Shown piece after piece: positions 31,225 to 44,828 of a stretch of DNA of 60,664 bases. The notes under the pieces are model-generated. The model saw only the letters and a list, made by a program, of their open reading frames with translations. It was not told the DNA's origin and did not search any database. The translations under genes were made by a program, and so were the position numbers. Position 1 is the stretch's first letter. Every line of letters begins with the position of its first letter. This stretch comes from an uncultured Phenylobacterium sp. Lineage in GTDB: Bacteria > Pseudomonadota > Alphaproteobacteria > Caulobacterales > Caulobacteraceae. The stretch is taken from assembly GCF_902826855.1 (NCBI RefSeq), contig NZ_CADEGK010000005.1:1-60664 (forward strand). Direction: 5' to 3'.

Positions 31225-31941
31225 ATGGCAAAGATAACCCTGGTGGACGACGACGAGAACATCGTCACCTCCGTCAGCCTGGCGCTGGAAAGCCACGGCC
31301 ACACCGTAAAGGCCTACTACGACGGCGCCGCCGGGCTCGCGGCGCTGGAGAACGATCCGCCGGATCTGGCCATCCTGGACGTGAAGATGCCACGCATGGA
31401 CGGAATGGAGGTCCTGCGCCGGCTGCGCCGCACCTCCGAGGTGCCGGTGATCATCCTGACGTCGAAGGACGAGGAGATCGACGAGATTCTGGGCTTCAAC
31501 CTGGGCGCCGACGACTACATGCACAAGCCGTTCAGCCAGCGGCTGCTGATCGAGCGGGTGAAGGCGGTCCTGCGGCGTGGCCGGTCCTCGGAGGGTGAGG
31601 AGGCCATCGGCCCGGCGGCCTCGGCCGAAACCAACGCGCGGGCGCTGAAGCGCGGCAAGCTGACCCTCGACCCCGCCCGCCACGAGAGCCTGTGGGAGGG
31701 CAAGCCGGTCAAGCTCACGGTCACCGAGTTCCTGCTGCTGCAATCCCTGGCCCAGCGGCCGGGCTTCGTGAAGAGCCGCGACAACCTGATGGACGCGGCC
31801 TACGACGATCAGGTCTATGTCGACGACCGCACGATCGACAGCCACATCAAGCGGATGCGGAAGAAGTTCCGCGAGGTGGACCCCGATTTCGACGCGATCG
31901 AAACCCTCTATGGCGTCGGCTACAGATACCGCGAAAGCTGA
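31225..31941 (+). CDS. chvI: Response regulator ChvI (OmpR family)
   Basis: [46 protein letters not shown]; upstream of chvG-hprK. Confidence 0.95.
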   Translation: MAKITLVDDDENIVTSVSLALESHGHTVKAYYDGAAGLAALENDPPDLAILDVKMPRMDGMEVLRRLRRTSEVPVIILTSKDEEIDEILGFNLGADDYMHKPFSQRLLIERVKAVLRRGRSSEGEEAIGPAASAETNARALKRGKLTLDPARHESLWEGKPVKLTVTEFLLLQSLAQRPGFVKSRDNLMDAAYDDQVYVDDRTIDSHIKRMRKKFREVDPDFDAIETLYGVGYRYRES

Positions 31942-33520
31942 GCGGGCGCGGGATCGGGCCAAGGACTGGATCTCGGCCTCATCGTCGAACTTCCGCTGGC
32001 TGCCGGGTTCTCGTCTCGGCCGGCTGATCCTGGCCCTGAACCTCCTGGGCTTGGCGATCCTGATCGGCGGGGCGCTGGTGCAGAACGAGATCAGCCGCGG
32101 CCTGGTCAACGCTCGGATCGACAGCCTGAACACCCAGGGCGAGCTGATTGCCTCGATTCTGGACCAGGCGGCGACGATCGGCGAGCCCGAGCCGCAGATG
32201 GACACCGCCTTAGCCACCGAACTGCTGCAGACGCTGTCCAACCCCACCGCCCAGCGGGCTCGCCTGTTCGACAGCCGCGGCCGGCTGGTGGCCGATTCGA
32301 ACTGGATGGCCGACCGCGTCGACATCAAGGAACTGCCGCCCGCCCGCGCACGCGGCGAAAAGGACCCGGCCCCCAACCGCGACGCCCGTTCCCAGCGCGA
32401 GGCCCAGAAGGCCCTGACACAGGAGGTGGCGGCCGCCCTGCAGGGCCGCCACCTGGCCAAGATGCGGCGGACCGACTCGGGCGAGCGGGTGGTCTCGGTC
32501 TCGATCCCGATCCAGCACGTGCGCGCGGTCCTGGGCGTGATTACCCTGGAGGCCAGCGACGTCGACGCGATCATCGCGCGCCAGCGCCAGGCGCTGATCC
32601 CGTTCATCCTGATCGCCGTGGGGGTTACGCTGGCCTCTTCGCTGCTGCTGAACAGTCTGGTCGCTCAGCCCGTCCTGCGGCTGGCCCGCGCAGCCGACCG
32701 GGTGCGACAGGCGCGCGCTCGCGCCATCTCGCTGCCGGACCTGGCCAAGCGCGACGACGAGGTGGGCGCCCTGACCCGCAGCCTGGAAGACATGACCCAT
32801 GCGCTGTCGGAGCGGATGGACGCCATCGAGAGCTTCGCCGCCGACGTCGCGCACGAGATCCGCAATCCGCTGACCTCGCTTCGCTCGGCGGTCGAGACCC
32901 TGGAGCTGGTGGCCGACCCCACGGCGCGCGATCGGTTGCAGGGCATCTTGAAGAACGACATCCAGCGGCTGGACCGCCTGGTGACCGACATCTCCAATGC
33001 ATCGCGCCTGGACGCGGAACTCTCCAGGGACCAGCCGAAGATCGTCGACCTGGGCCGGCTGATTGGCGACATCGTCGCCCTCTACCAGGCCACCGCGCGA
33101 CCCGGAGACGTGCGGGTCAACTTCGCGCCGCACGCGGGTATGGAGAGCGCCACCGTGATGGGCCGGGAAGGCCCCTTGGGGCAGATCCTGCGCAACCTGA
33201 TCGACAACGCCCGCTCGTTCAGTCCCCCGGGCGACGAGGTGACCGTGGGCCTCCTGCGGGTGAAGGACGAGGTGATCGCCACGGTGTCCGACAACGGCCC
33301 CGGCATCCCGCCTGAGAACCTGGAGACGGTGTTCGAGCGGTTCTACACTTCGCGGCCGAAAGGTGCGGCGTTCGGCGGCAACTCGGGCCTGGGCCTCTCC
33401 ATCGCCCGCCAGATCGCCGAAGCCCACGGAGGCTCGCTGCGCGCCGAGAACCGGCTCGGCCCGGAGGGCAAGGTGGAGGGCGCCCTGTTCGTCCTGACCC
33501 TCCCGGACGCCTTGCCGTGA
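31910..33520 (+). CDS. chvG: Sensor histidine kinase ChvG
   Basis: Two [26 protein letters not shown]-box, [27 protein letters not shown]. Confidence 0.94.
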   Translation: MASATDTAKAERARDRAKDWISASSSNFRWLPGSRLGRLILALNLLGLAILIGGALVQNEISRGLVNARIDSLNTQGELIASILDQAATIGEPEPQMDTALATELLQTLSNPTAQRARLFDSRGRLVADSNWMADRVDIKELPPARARGEKDPAPNRDARSQREAQKALTQEVAAALQGRHLAKMRRTDSGERVVSVSIPIQHVRAVLGVITLEASDVDAIIARQRQALIPFILIAVGVTLASSLLLNSLVAQPVLRLARAADRVRQARARAISLPDLAKRDDEVGALTRSLEDMTHALSERMDAIESFAADVAHEIRNPLTSLRSAVETLELVADPTARDRLQGILKNDIQRLDRLVTDISNASRLDAELSRDQPKIVDLGRLIGDIVALYQATARPGDVRVNFAPHAGMESATVMGREGPLGQILRNLIDNARSFSPPGDEVTVGLLRVKDEVIATVSDNGPGIPPENLETVFERFYTSRPKGAAFGGNSGLGLSIARQIAEAHGGSLRAENRLGPEGKVEGALFVLTLPDALP

Positions 33521-33954
33521 TGATCAAGCACGCGGGGCTGATCGCCCAGCGGGTCGGCGGCCGCTGGCGCGGCGTCCTGATCGAGGGACCCTCCGGCGCC
33601 GGCAAGAGCGACCTGGCGCTGCGATGCCTGGACCACGGGTTCCGGCTGGTGGCCGACGACCGGGTGCTGCTGTGGGCCGCGGACGGCGGGCTCTGGGGCC
33701 GGGCGCCGGACACGCTGGCCGGTCTCATCGAGGTGCGCGGCGTGGACGTGCTGCGGATCGAGCCCCTGATCTTCTGCGAGGTGGCGATGCTGGTGCGCCT
33801 GGGAGCCCCCGACCGCATCCCGCAGGACACAACCGAAACGATCCTTGGAATGGCGGTTCCACTCCTGGCGGCAGACCCCTTCGAGACGTCCGCGCCTGCG
33901 AAACTAAGCCGCGCGCTGACGGCCTTTGACGCGGCGCACAAGAGGCGTATCTAG
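33517..33954 (+). CDS. hprK: HPr kinase/phosphorylase (short alphaproteobacterial form)
   Basis: GVLIEGPSGAGKSDLAL, LVADDRV, GLIEVRG. Confidence 0.9.
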   Translation: MMIKHAGLIAQRVGGRWRGVLIEGPSGAGKSDLALRCLDHGFRLVADDRVLLWAADGGLWGRAPDTLAGLIEVRGVDVLRIEPLIFCEVAMLVRLGAPDRIPQDTTETILGMAVPLLAADPFETSAPAKLSRALTAFDAAHKRRI

Positions 33955-34014
33955 CAACGCTCGCCCGCCTCCCTCGGGCGCCGCAGGGTGGGGATAACCC
34001 TTGGATTGTCAGGC

Positions 34015-34419
34015 ATGATCGGCCTCGTGATCGTGACTCACGGCCGGCTCGCGCAAGAGTTCGTGTACGCCATGGAGCATGTGGTCGGGCCGCAAGCCGC
34101 GGTCGAGGCCATCTGCATCGGCCCCGAGGACGACATGGAAAAGCGCCGCCAGGACATCCTCGCCGCCTGCGGACAGGTGGAGCAGGGTGACGGCGTGGTC
34201 CTGCTCACCGACATGTTCGGCGGCACCCCGTCCAACCTCGCCATTTCGGTCATGGAGCAGACCAAGGCCGAGGTGATCGCCGGCCTGAACCTGCCGATGC
34301 TGATCAAGCTCGCGTCGGTTCGCAGCCGGGTCAGCCTCGAGGAGGCGGTGGCGGCTGCCCAGGAAGCCGGCCGAAAGTACATCTCCGTGGCCTCCTACGT
34401 CCTGGCCGGAGAGAAGTGA
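34015..34419 (+). CDS. PTS EIIA component, mannose/fructose family
   Basis: MIGLVIVTHG, LTDMFGGTPSN, GLNLPMLI. Confidence 0.93.
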   Translation: MIGLVIVTHGRLAQEFVYAMEHVVGPQAAVEAICIGPEDDMEKRRQDILAACGQVEQGDGVVLLTDMFGGTPSNLAISVMEQTKAEVIAGLNLPMLIKLASVRSRVSLEEAVAAAQEAGRKYISVASYVLAGEK

Positions 34420-34691
34420 GCGAAGCCCAACGCACCGTTGAGATCGTCAACAAGCGGGGCCTGCACGCCCGCGCGTCGGCGAAGTTCGTCAAGCTGGCGG
34501 CTGCGTTCGACGCCGAGGTCCGCGTCTCCAAGGATGGCCACACCGTCGACGCCCGCTCGATCATGGGTCTGATGATGCTGGCCGCGGCGCCGGGCAGTGA
34601 GATCGAAATCGAGGCGGAAGGGGCTCAGGCGAAGGAGGCCGTGGAAGCGCTGGCGCAGCTGGTGGCCGGCAAGTTCGAGGAAGACGAGTAG
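34416..34691 (+). CDS. ptsH: Phosphocarrier protein HPr/NPr
   Basis: NKRGLHARASAKFV, ARSIMGLMML. Confidence 0.94.
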   Translation: MSEAQRTVEIVNKRGLHARASAKFVKLAAAFDAEVRVSKDGHTVDARSIMGLMMLAAAPGSEIEIEAEGAQAKEAVEALAQLVAGKFEEDE

Positions 34692-34730
34692 GTCCGACTT
34701 CCTCGCGCAAGCGAGAGGAAGGTGGGCGCG

Positions 34731-35488
34731 TTAGGTCTTCAGCCGCCACCCCGTCCGGAATATCCAGGTCACCGCGGCCAGGCACGCGGCGAGGAAGCCC
34801 AGCGTGGCCGCCAGGCTTACCCACACGCCGACGTCGGACACGCCGTAGAAGCTCCAGCGGAAGCCTGAGACCAGGTAGACGACCGGGTTCACCAGCGCGA
34901 TCTGTCGCCAGACGCCAGGCAGCATGTCGATGGAATAGAAGCTGCCGCCTAAGAACGTCAGCGGGGTGATCACCAGGGTCGGCATGATCGACAGCTTCTC
35001 CCAGCCGTCCGCCCAGATGCCGGTCAGGAAGCCGAACAGGCTGAAGGTCACCGAGGTCAGCACCAGGAAGGCCAGCGCCACGAAGGGATGCCCGATCTCG
35101 TAGGGCACGAAGATGCGGGCGGTGGCCAGGATCACCAGGCCCAGCATCACCGACTTGGACGCCGCCGCGCCCACGTAGCCCAGCACCACCTCGGCGGCCG
35201 ACACCGGCGCAGACAGGACCTCGTAAATCGTGCCCGCGAACTTGGGCATGTAGATGCCGAACGAGCCGTTGGAGATGCTCTCGGTGAGGATCGAGAGCAT
35301 CAGGAGGCCGGGCACGATGAAGGCGCCGTAGCTGACCCCTCCGATCGACGGCATGCGTGAGCCGATCGCCGCGCCGAAGACGATGAAATAGAGCGAGGTG
35401 GTGATCACCGGCGCCGCCACACTCTGCACGATGGTGCGGGCCCAGCGGTGCATCTCGAAGGCGTAGATGGCCCTCACGGCATTGAGGT

Positions 35489-35492
<4 letters not shown>
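34731..35492 (-). CDS. ABC-2 type transporter permease (YadH-like)
   Basis: [42 protein letters not shown]. Confidence 0.9.
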
Positions 35493-36421
<929 letters not shown>

Positions 36422-36559
36422 GCGCGCTCCCAAAAGGCGTTCCCACTGGGGAAGCGCCCCACATAGGGGCGGACGTCGCGCGGGGCTAGGCTCACGACGT
36501 CGCATATGGCCAAGCTGGTGAGGATGGCGGCGAAACCCGGGGGCACACAGCAGTCAGGG

Positions 36560-36579
36560 ACATAAAGATTTCTTTATGT
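36560..36579. promoter_or_regulatory. SahR (ArsR-family) operator-like palindrome upstream of ahcY
   Basis: ACATAAAGA-TT-TCTTTATGT, perfect 9-bp arms, AT-rich within GC-rich DNA. Confidence 0.8.
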
Positions 36580-36651
36580 GATTGTTGCCGAACGGTCCCC
36601 GGACGGTTATACGGGCGCCCAATCCGAACATTCCGCCACCAGGGACGACCG

Positions 36652-38043
<1,392 letters not shown>

Positions 38044-38156
38044 CCCTGGCCACGTAGCCTAGCAAAACACTACCAAGGATGGTTGATTCGGTATTATTCA
38101 CCATTTTAGGTAGAATTGCGCTGGTTCCCTAGCCGGCGCTAAGCTAGGGCCGAACG

Positions 38157-39002
38157 GTGCCGCTTGCCCTGATCCTCTCCTCGTTCGTCGCCGCGAGCCG
38201 CATCGGCGGCGCAGCGCAGCAGTATGTGCTGGCTGCACACAAGATCGACCCTGTGCTGGCTCCGACGGTGATGTTCGGACGCACGCCGGCGCGCGGCGGG
38301 CGGGGCGAGGTGACCTCGCCGGACGTGTTCCGGCGCATGCTGGGCGACATCGAGGCTGACGCCCTGTTCGGCATGGTGGACCTGATCATCACTGGCCACT
38401 TCTCCGACCCGGAGCAGGTCGAGATCGCGGCCGGGGTAATCCAGCGGGTGCGCACGACCGAGCGCAGCCAGGCCTGGGGCCCGCGGCCGCTGGTGCTGGT
38501 GGATCCGGTGCTGGGGGACGCCCCGCGCGGCCTCTACGTGAAGTACGAGGTAGCCCAGGCGGTGGAGGAGCGGCTGGTCCCGTTGGCGGACTGGATCACG
38601 CCCAACCTATGGGAGCTGGCCTTCCTGACCGACCGCAAGATCGAGACCGCTGCCGACGCCCGCGACGCCGCGCGCGCGCTCGGCAAGCCGGCGCTGGTGA
38701 CCTCGGTCCCGGCGCGCGATGGCGAGGTGGGCATCCTCTACGTCGACAAGGAGGAAGCGGTGCTGTTCGCCCACCCGCGCCGCGAGCGGGCGCCCAACGG
38801 CACGGGCGACCTGGTCACCGCCAGCTTCGGGGCCGGCCTGGTGGAGGGCAAGGACCCGCGCGACGCCGCCGAACGCGCCGCCCGCGCCGTGGCCGAGACC
38901 CTGCTGGTGGCCGAGGCATGGAAGTCCGTGGAACTGCCGATCGTGGCGCTGGCCGATCGGATCGTGAACCCGAAGGCCGAGGTGCGTATAGAGACGCTAT
39001 GA
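38157..39002 (+). CDS. Pyridoxal kinase-like PfkB family kinase
   Basis: VDPVLGD...LYV, ITPNLWEL, NGTGDL. Confidence 0.82.
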   Translation: MPLALILSSFVAASRIGGAAQQYVLAAHKIDPVLAPTVMFGRTPARGGRGEVTSPDVFRRMLGDIEADALFGMVDLIITGHFSDPEQVEIAAGVIQRVRTTERSQAWGPRPLVLVDPVLGDAPRGLYVKYEVAQAVEERLVPLADWITPNLWELAFLTDRKIETAADARDAARALGKPALVTSVPARDGEVGILYVDKEEAVLFAHPRRERAPNGTGDLVTASFGAGLVEGKDPRDAAERAARAVAETLLVAEAWKSVELPIVALADRIVNPKAEVRIETL

Positions 39003-40138
39003 GCGTCAACAAGGCTTTCGAGATCGGGGGGTTCGCCCCGTCCCGGTTCGCCCCGGTGAAGGACGCCTTCGCCGACAGTTTTTCCGAGGGCCTGGAACTG
39101 GGCGCCCGCTTCAGCCTGGTGGAGGCCGGCGAGGTGGTCCTCGACCTTTGGGCGGGCTCCGCCGACCGCAAGGGCGCGGTCGCCTGGGACGAGGCGACGC
39201 TGGCGCCGATCTTCTCGACGACCAAGGCCATCGCGGCCTTGATGATCGCCCGGCTCGTGGACGCGGGGAACCTGGACTACGGCCAGACTGTCGCCAGCGT
39301 CTGGCCCGAGTTCGCGCAGGGCGGCAAGGCCGAGGTCACCGTCGAGCAGGCGATCTCGCACCAGGCGGGGCTGCCGGGCTTCCCCGAGGCCACGGACCCG
39401 TCGATCTGGGTCGACTGGGACGCCGTCTGCGCGAAGCTGGCGGCCATGGCGCCCATGTGGCCGCCGGGAAGCGCCAGCGGGTATCATCCGGTGACCGTGG
39501 GCTACATCACGGGCGAGATCTTCCGCCGCGTCGATGGCCGCACTATCGGGACCGCGTTCCGGGAGGATATCGGCGCGCCATTCGGACTCGACGCCTGGAT
39601 CGGCCTTCCGGCGGGCCTGGAGGATCGGGTCGCCGACCTGCAGCGACCGAACGCCCTGCCCGAATTCGGCGAGCACAACGCAGCCACCACCGCCGCCTTC
39701 CTGACCCCTTGGTCCTCGGCCGCCGGCAAGGCGGGGGCGGACTATCGGCGCATGGAGGTCCCTTCCACCAACGGCTACGCCACCGCCGAGGCGCTGGCGC
39801 GGCTGATGGGGGCGCTGGCCAACGACGGGTGGCTGGAAGGCGACGAGATCCTGTCGCCGGCCCTGATCGCAGAGGCCAGCCGTGAGCGCATCCGCGGCCA
39901 GGACCTGGTGCTGCCGTTCGATATGAGCTGGGCGGCGGGCTTCATGCGCAACCCGCCGAACTTCGTCTGGGGGCCCGGCGTGGAGACATTCGGCCACTCC
40001 GGCTGGGGCGGCTCGTGCGCCTTCGCCGACCCGCAGGTGAAGCTGGGCGGGGCATACGTGATGAACAGGCAGGGGACGGCCCTGATGGGCGACGTGCGCC
40101 CCCGGCGGCTCATCGCGGCCGCTTACGCGAGCCTCTAG
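38999..40138 (+). CDS. Serine hydrolase (beta-lactamase/family VIII esterase)
   Basis: FSTTK (SxxK), SHQAGL, GYH, FGHSGWGG. Confidence 0.9.
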   Translation: MSVNKAFEIGGFAPSRFAPVKDAFADSFSEGLELGARFSLVEAGEVVLDLWAGSADRKGAVAWDEATLAPIFSTTKAIAALMIARLVDAGNLDYGQTVASVWPEFAQGGKAEVTVEQAISHQAGLPGFPEATDPSIWVDWDAVCAKLAAMAPMWPPGSASGYHPVTVGYITGEIFRRVDGRTIGTAFREDIGAPFGLDAWIGLPAGLEDRVADLQRPNALPEFGEHNAATTAAFLTPWSSAAGKAGADYRRMEVPSTNGYATAEALARLMGALANDGWLEGDEILSPALIAEASRERIRGQDLVLPFDMSWAAGFMRNPPNFVWGPGVETFGHSGWGGSCAFADPQVKLGGAYVMNRQGTALMGDVRPRRLIAAAYASL

Positions 40139-40143
40139 CCACG

Positions 40144-40166
40144 AAAAAGGGCCCGCAAGGGGCCCT
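40144..40166 (-). terminator. Intrinsic terminator for the minus-strand small ORF (possibly bidirectional)
   Basis: Minus strand AGGGCCC-cttgc-GGGCCCT followed by a T run. Confidence 0.75.
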
Positions 40167-40194
40167 CATCCGGTGCTGGCTGTGGGTGGGGCGT

Positions 40195-40299
40195 TCAGAG
40201 ACCCAGGCCAGCAGATCCGAAGGCGGCGACGAGGCCGAGGATGATCAGGAAGGTGGGGGCGAGGCGGTCGGCGGCGCGTTCGAAGGTCGAGAGGGTCAT
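40195..40299 (-). CDS. 34-aa single-TM small protein
   Basis: MTLSTFERAADRLAPTFLIILGLVAAFGSAGLGL*; AGGA RBS, GC3-rich codons, own terminator; too short for the ORF track. Confidence 0.7.
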   Translation of the reverse strand: MTLSTFERAADRLAPTFLIILGLVAAFGSAGLGL

Positions 40300-40432
40300 G
40301 ATGCAGTTCCTGGCTCTGGTGGCGCCCGGGGGCGGGCTGTCCGTCTGGACACCGTTTAGATAGCATCATCTGAACACTGCATAGATCGGCAATTTCACAG
40401 ACCGGCTATGCGGTTCTGCATGTCGGCGACGG

Positions 40433-41374
40433 CTACTTCGCTTCCGAGGCCGCAGCGATCTCGCGTGTTGCGCGCAGGACCACGCGGGATCGCTTCCAGG
40501 CGCCCCAGGCGAAGACCGCCGCGCCGGTCCAGATGAATGCGAACGAGACGGCGTGCAGGGACGTGAACGGCTCGTCCTGCGCGATCCCGATGCCGAAGCC
40601 GATCGTCGGGCCGATGAACTGCAGGAAGGCCATGACCGACATCGGCAGCCGCCGCGCGCACCACGAGAACAGCGCCAGCGGCAGCGCCGTGAGCGGCCCC
40701 GCGGCGATCAGCCAGAACATGGTCGCGCCCGACGCGGTGAAGTGCCCTGCCCCCTGACCGGCCAGCCACGCCAGGTAGAACGCGCTGGGAACCGACAGGA
40801 TCAGGCACTCGACGAACAGACCGGTCTGGGCATCCGCCTGCACCTGTTTGCGTACGATACCGTAGCCGCCGAACGTGAGCGCCAGGGCGAGCGAGATCAG
40901 TGGCAGGTGGCCGAGCGCCCAACCCTGGAACGCCACGCCGATCGCCGCCAGGCCGATGGAGATCGCGCCGATGCGGTCGATGCGCTCGCGGAAGATCAGC
41001 GCGCCCGACGCCATGTTGACCAGCGGCGTGACGTAGTAGCCGAAGCTGCCTTCGAGCACTCGGCCCGAGTTCACCGCGGTGATGAAGATCGCCCAGTTCG
41101 CGGCGATCAGCGCCGACGACAGGCAAAGCCACGCCAGCACCTTAGGCTTGCCGACCACCGCCAGCACCTGGCGGCCCTGGTGCGCCAGCAGCACCAGCAG
41201 GAGCGCGGTGGGCGCGCCCCAGAGCGAGCGGTGGGCCAGGATCTCCCATGAGCCAACACCGAGGCGGCCCATGACCTGGAACGCCAGGGGCACGAAGCCC
41301 CAGATCAGGTAGCAGCCGATCCCCGCCATCAGCGCCAGGCGGGCTTCGGCCCCCGGCGCGGACGACGGGGGCAT
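40433..41374 (-). CDS. rarD: EamA family transporter RarD
   Basis: YLIWG..P, EILAHR, NW..FI.AVN...LEGSFGYY..PL, YG.VRK, LQFIGPT. Confidence 0.9.
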   Translation of the reverse strand: MPPSSAPGAEARLALMAGIGCYLIWGFVPLAFQVMGRLGVGSWEILAHRSLWGAPTALLLVLLAHQGRQVLAVVGKPKVLAWLCLSSALIAANWAIFITAVNSGRVLEGSFGYYVTPLVNMASGALIFRERIDRIGAISIGLAAIGVAFQGWALGHLPLISLALALTFGGYGIVRKQVQADAQTGLFVECLILSVPSAFYLAWLAGQGAGHFTASGATMFWLIAAGPLTALPLALFSWCARRLPMSVMAFLQFIGPTIGFGIGIAQDEPFTSLHAVSFAFIWTGAAVFAWGAWKRSRVVLRATREIAAASEAK

Positions 41375-41375
41375 A

Positions 41376-42407
<1,032 letters not shown>

Positions 42408-42581
42408 TGGCATACTCCTGAATTGGGGAGCGTTCCCCTACGCCGCAGAGCCTCCCGAGGCAAGGCGAGCGATCCTGATCCGCCCATCAGATAGGCTCTG
42501 ACCGCGCTCGAGGAAGTCGGGCCGCTCGCCTTTAGGCCGCTTTCGGTTAGCATCGCCACCCGACGTGGCCGGGAGGTAGGC

Positions 42582-42914
42582 ATGAACGCACAGGAGCTGC
42601 ACCAGCTCGGTCGCCTGCTTCGGGAGTTCTTCGATCGAAACCCGGGCGAGGCGGCCTTCGTAATCACCCAGGACTCGGCCTCGGCGATCAGCTCGATGGT
42701 CTATCAGCTGCTGATGCAGCTGCCACCGGAGCGGCACCTGGCGACCCTGACCCACCTCGCCGACAACGCCCGGCGGGTACGCATCGGCCTCGTCGGCGAA
42801 GCCCTCGCCGAGGGACGCACAGTCGCCACGCTGGACGGACAGGTCGCCTTGCTGACCGAGGCGGCCGCCGGGGCTGTCAGCCTGCTCGAATCGTTCAGGA
42901 CCTCGGGCTACTGA
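42582..42914 (+). CDS. Hypothetical protein (110 aa)
   Basis: GGAGG RBS, host-like codons, TGATG coupling to the next gene. Confidence 0.65.
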   Translation: MNAQELHQLGRLLREFFDRNPGEAAFVITQDSASAISSMVYQLLMQLPPERHLATLTHLADNARRVRIGLVGEALAEGRTVATLDGQVALLTEAAAGAVSLLESFRTSGY

Positions 42915-43507
42915 TGGCCGCCGCCGTCCTGGATTGGCTGGAGCGCCTTCTATCCCCCGAGAAGAAGCCGCCGGCGGCGCCAAGCTGGTTCAACCAGCAG
43001 ATCGAGCTAGCCAAGTGGCTGGTGGCGCTGGGCTCCGGTCTCACCGCGTTCGGGTTTTCGGCGCTGAAGGACGAACCCGTCGCGGCGCAGCTGATCCTCC
43101 TCCAGTGGGCCGGCGGCCTGCTGCTCGCGTCGTCGGCGCTCGCCCTCCTGTTCATCCTCAACTCGCACGCCTACGAGCGATTGCGCGAGCAGGGAGCGGT
43201 CCCAGGCGGATCGGCGCTTCGCGGGCCCGACCTTCTGCGCAAGCTGACCTATCCGCTGATGATGCTGACCTTCATCGCCGGCAACGCGGTGTTCCTGTTC
43301 TTCGCCCAGGGTCACCTTGCTGCGCTCGCCAGCGCGCCAGTCCCGGCGCCGATCGTTTCGGTCGCCGACGGCCCCGCCGGACCGATGCTCTTCGCCCAGC
43401 GCGGCGAGCAGCTATGGGTGCTACGCGGCTCGGACCCGGTCGCTGCGCGCTGGGAACCCCTGCACACCGTGCCGCCGTCGAAGCCGACCGCCAGGGTGAA
43501 GCCATGA
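42914..43507 (+). CDS. Hypothetical membrane protein (about 3 TM)
   Basis: Three hydrophobic segments; coupled to both neighbours (TGATG, ATGA). Confidence 0.65.
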   Translation: MAAAVLDWLERLLSPEKKPPAAPSWFNQQIELAKWLVALGSGLTAFGFSALKDEPVAAQLILLQWAGGLLLASSALALLFILNSHAYERLREQGAVPGGSALRGPDLLRKLTYPLMMLTFIAGNAVFLFFAQGHLAALASAPVPAPIVSVADGPAGPMLFAQRGEQLWVLRGSDPVAARWEPLHTVPPSKPTARVKP

Positions 43508-43890
43508 GCCCGAGCGGCATGCCTTTCTCCGACCTGATGGGCGTGGAGGTCACCGAACGGACCAAGGACCGCGTGCGAGGCCGGCTGACCGTGCGCGAGG
43601 ATCTTTGCACGGCCGGCGGCATCCTGCACGGCGGCGCCTACATGGCCTTCGCCGACACCCTAGGCGCCATCGCCGGGTCCCTGAACCTGGCGCCCGGCGC
43701 GGGGACCACGACGCTGGAGAGCAAGACCAACTTCCTGGGCTCGGCGCGGGTGGGGCAGGTGGTGGAGGCCGAGACCACGCCGCTGCACGTCGGCCGCCGC
43801 TCCTCGGTGTGGCAGACCCGGATCACCAACGCCGAGGGCAAGCTCCTCGCCCTGGTGATCCAGACGCAGATGACGCTACTGCCGGGGTGA
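43504..43890 (+). CDS. PaaI family thioesterase
   Basis: GILHGGAYMAFADT, TTLESKTNF, H.GRRSSVW. Confidence 0.9.
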   Translation: MSPSGMPFSDLMGVEVTERTKDRVRGRLTVREDLCTAGGILHGGAYMAFADTLGAIAGSLNLAPGAGTTTLESKTNFLGSARVGQVVEAETTPLHVGRRSSVWQTRITNAEGKLLALVIQTQMTLLPG

Positions 43891-43905
43891 CGGCGCCGTC
43901 GTTGG

Positions 43906-44313
43906 TCAGCCTTCCGCCATCCGCAGGATCTCGGCCCACTCGTCGTCGGTGACCGGCGAGACCGAGAGGCGGCCCTGGCGGATAACCTGGAGGTCGGCCA
44001 GCTTCGGGTTGGCCTTCATCTCGGCCAGCGCGACCGGGCGCTTCAGCTCGCGTACGGGCGCCAGCTCCACCGCCACAAAGCGGCCGGATTCGTCGCTGGG
44101 GTCCGGGAACGCCTCCTTGACCACCTTGGCGATCCCCACCACCGCGAGGCCCTCCTGGGAGTGGTAGTAGAGCACCTCCTCGCCGGACTTCATGGCCTTG
44201 AGGTTGCCGCGCGCGGTGAAGTTGCGCACGCCGTCCCAGACGGTCCTGCCGTCCCGTTGCAGGTCGGCGAAGGCGTAGGTGTTGGGCTCGGACTTAACCA
44301 GCCAGTGGGACAT
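43906..44313 (-). CDS. EVE domain-containing protein
   Basis: MSHWLVKSEP, WDGVRNF.AR, YHS, GRLSVSPV. Confidence 0.92.
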   Translation of the reverse strand: MSHWLVKSEPNTYAFADLQRDGRTVWDGVRNFTARGNLKAMKSGEEVLYYHSQEGLAVVGIAKVVKEAFPDPSDESGRFVAVELAPVRELKRPVALAEMKANPKLADLQVIRQGRLSVSPVTDDEWAEILRMAEG

Positions 44314-44389
44314 GGGCGGCCTCCGTTGCGGTCGGCGGACCATGGCAAAAGGCGCGGGCCTCGCCCAGCCCCGTTCGCCCTGGCGCCGT

Positions 44390-44758
44390 TCAGGCGGCCT
44401 TGGGCTCGTCGTAGAGGTCGCGCACGGAGCGCAGACCGTCGATCAACTGCGCGCGCTCCTTCTGGTCGGGCTTTCGCGAGACCATGAAGCGCCAGGCGCG
44501 GACGTGCACCAGGAGCGCTTCCTTATCGATCTGCTGGTGGGCGATGAGGTCGTTCAGGAGGCCGATCAGGCTGGCCACGACCTCGCCGGCGCCATCGCGC
44601 CCGACATCGGGATAGCTGTCGACAACGCCGCGCAGGGTTTCGAGCCCGTCTCGGTCGTAGGTCTTACCCAGCATACCCACGAGACCCTCGGCGAGCGCGA
44701 GCACCTCGGCGTCGCCCGAGCGGGGAGGGGGTTTGGGCCTGGCGTCGGGGTCACTCAT
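44390..44758 (-). CDS. Hypothetical protein (122 aa)
   Basis: Helical ORF with host-like codons filling the gap. Confidence 0.65.
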   Translation of the reverse strand: MSDPDARPKPPPRSGDAEVLALAEGLVGMLGKTYDRDGLETLRGVVDSYPDVGRDGAGEVVASLIGLLNDLIAHQQIDKEALLVHVRAWRFMVSRKPDQKERAQLIDGLRSVRDLYDEPKAA

Positions 44759-44828
44759 GGCTAGGCTATTGTCCGCCCCCGCCCATTAACGGGAGCCTAC
44801 CGCCGGTTGCGGCGAAGCGGCCGGCGCC

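Noticed and set aside
34698-34721. CTTCCTCGC-GCAA-GCGAGAGGAAG hairpin between ptsH and the ABC permease
   Set aside because: Ordinary short REP-like or terminator hairpin between convergent genes
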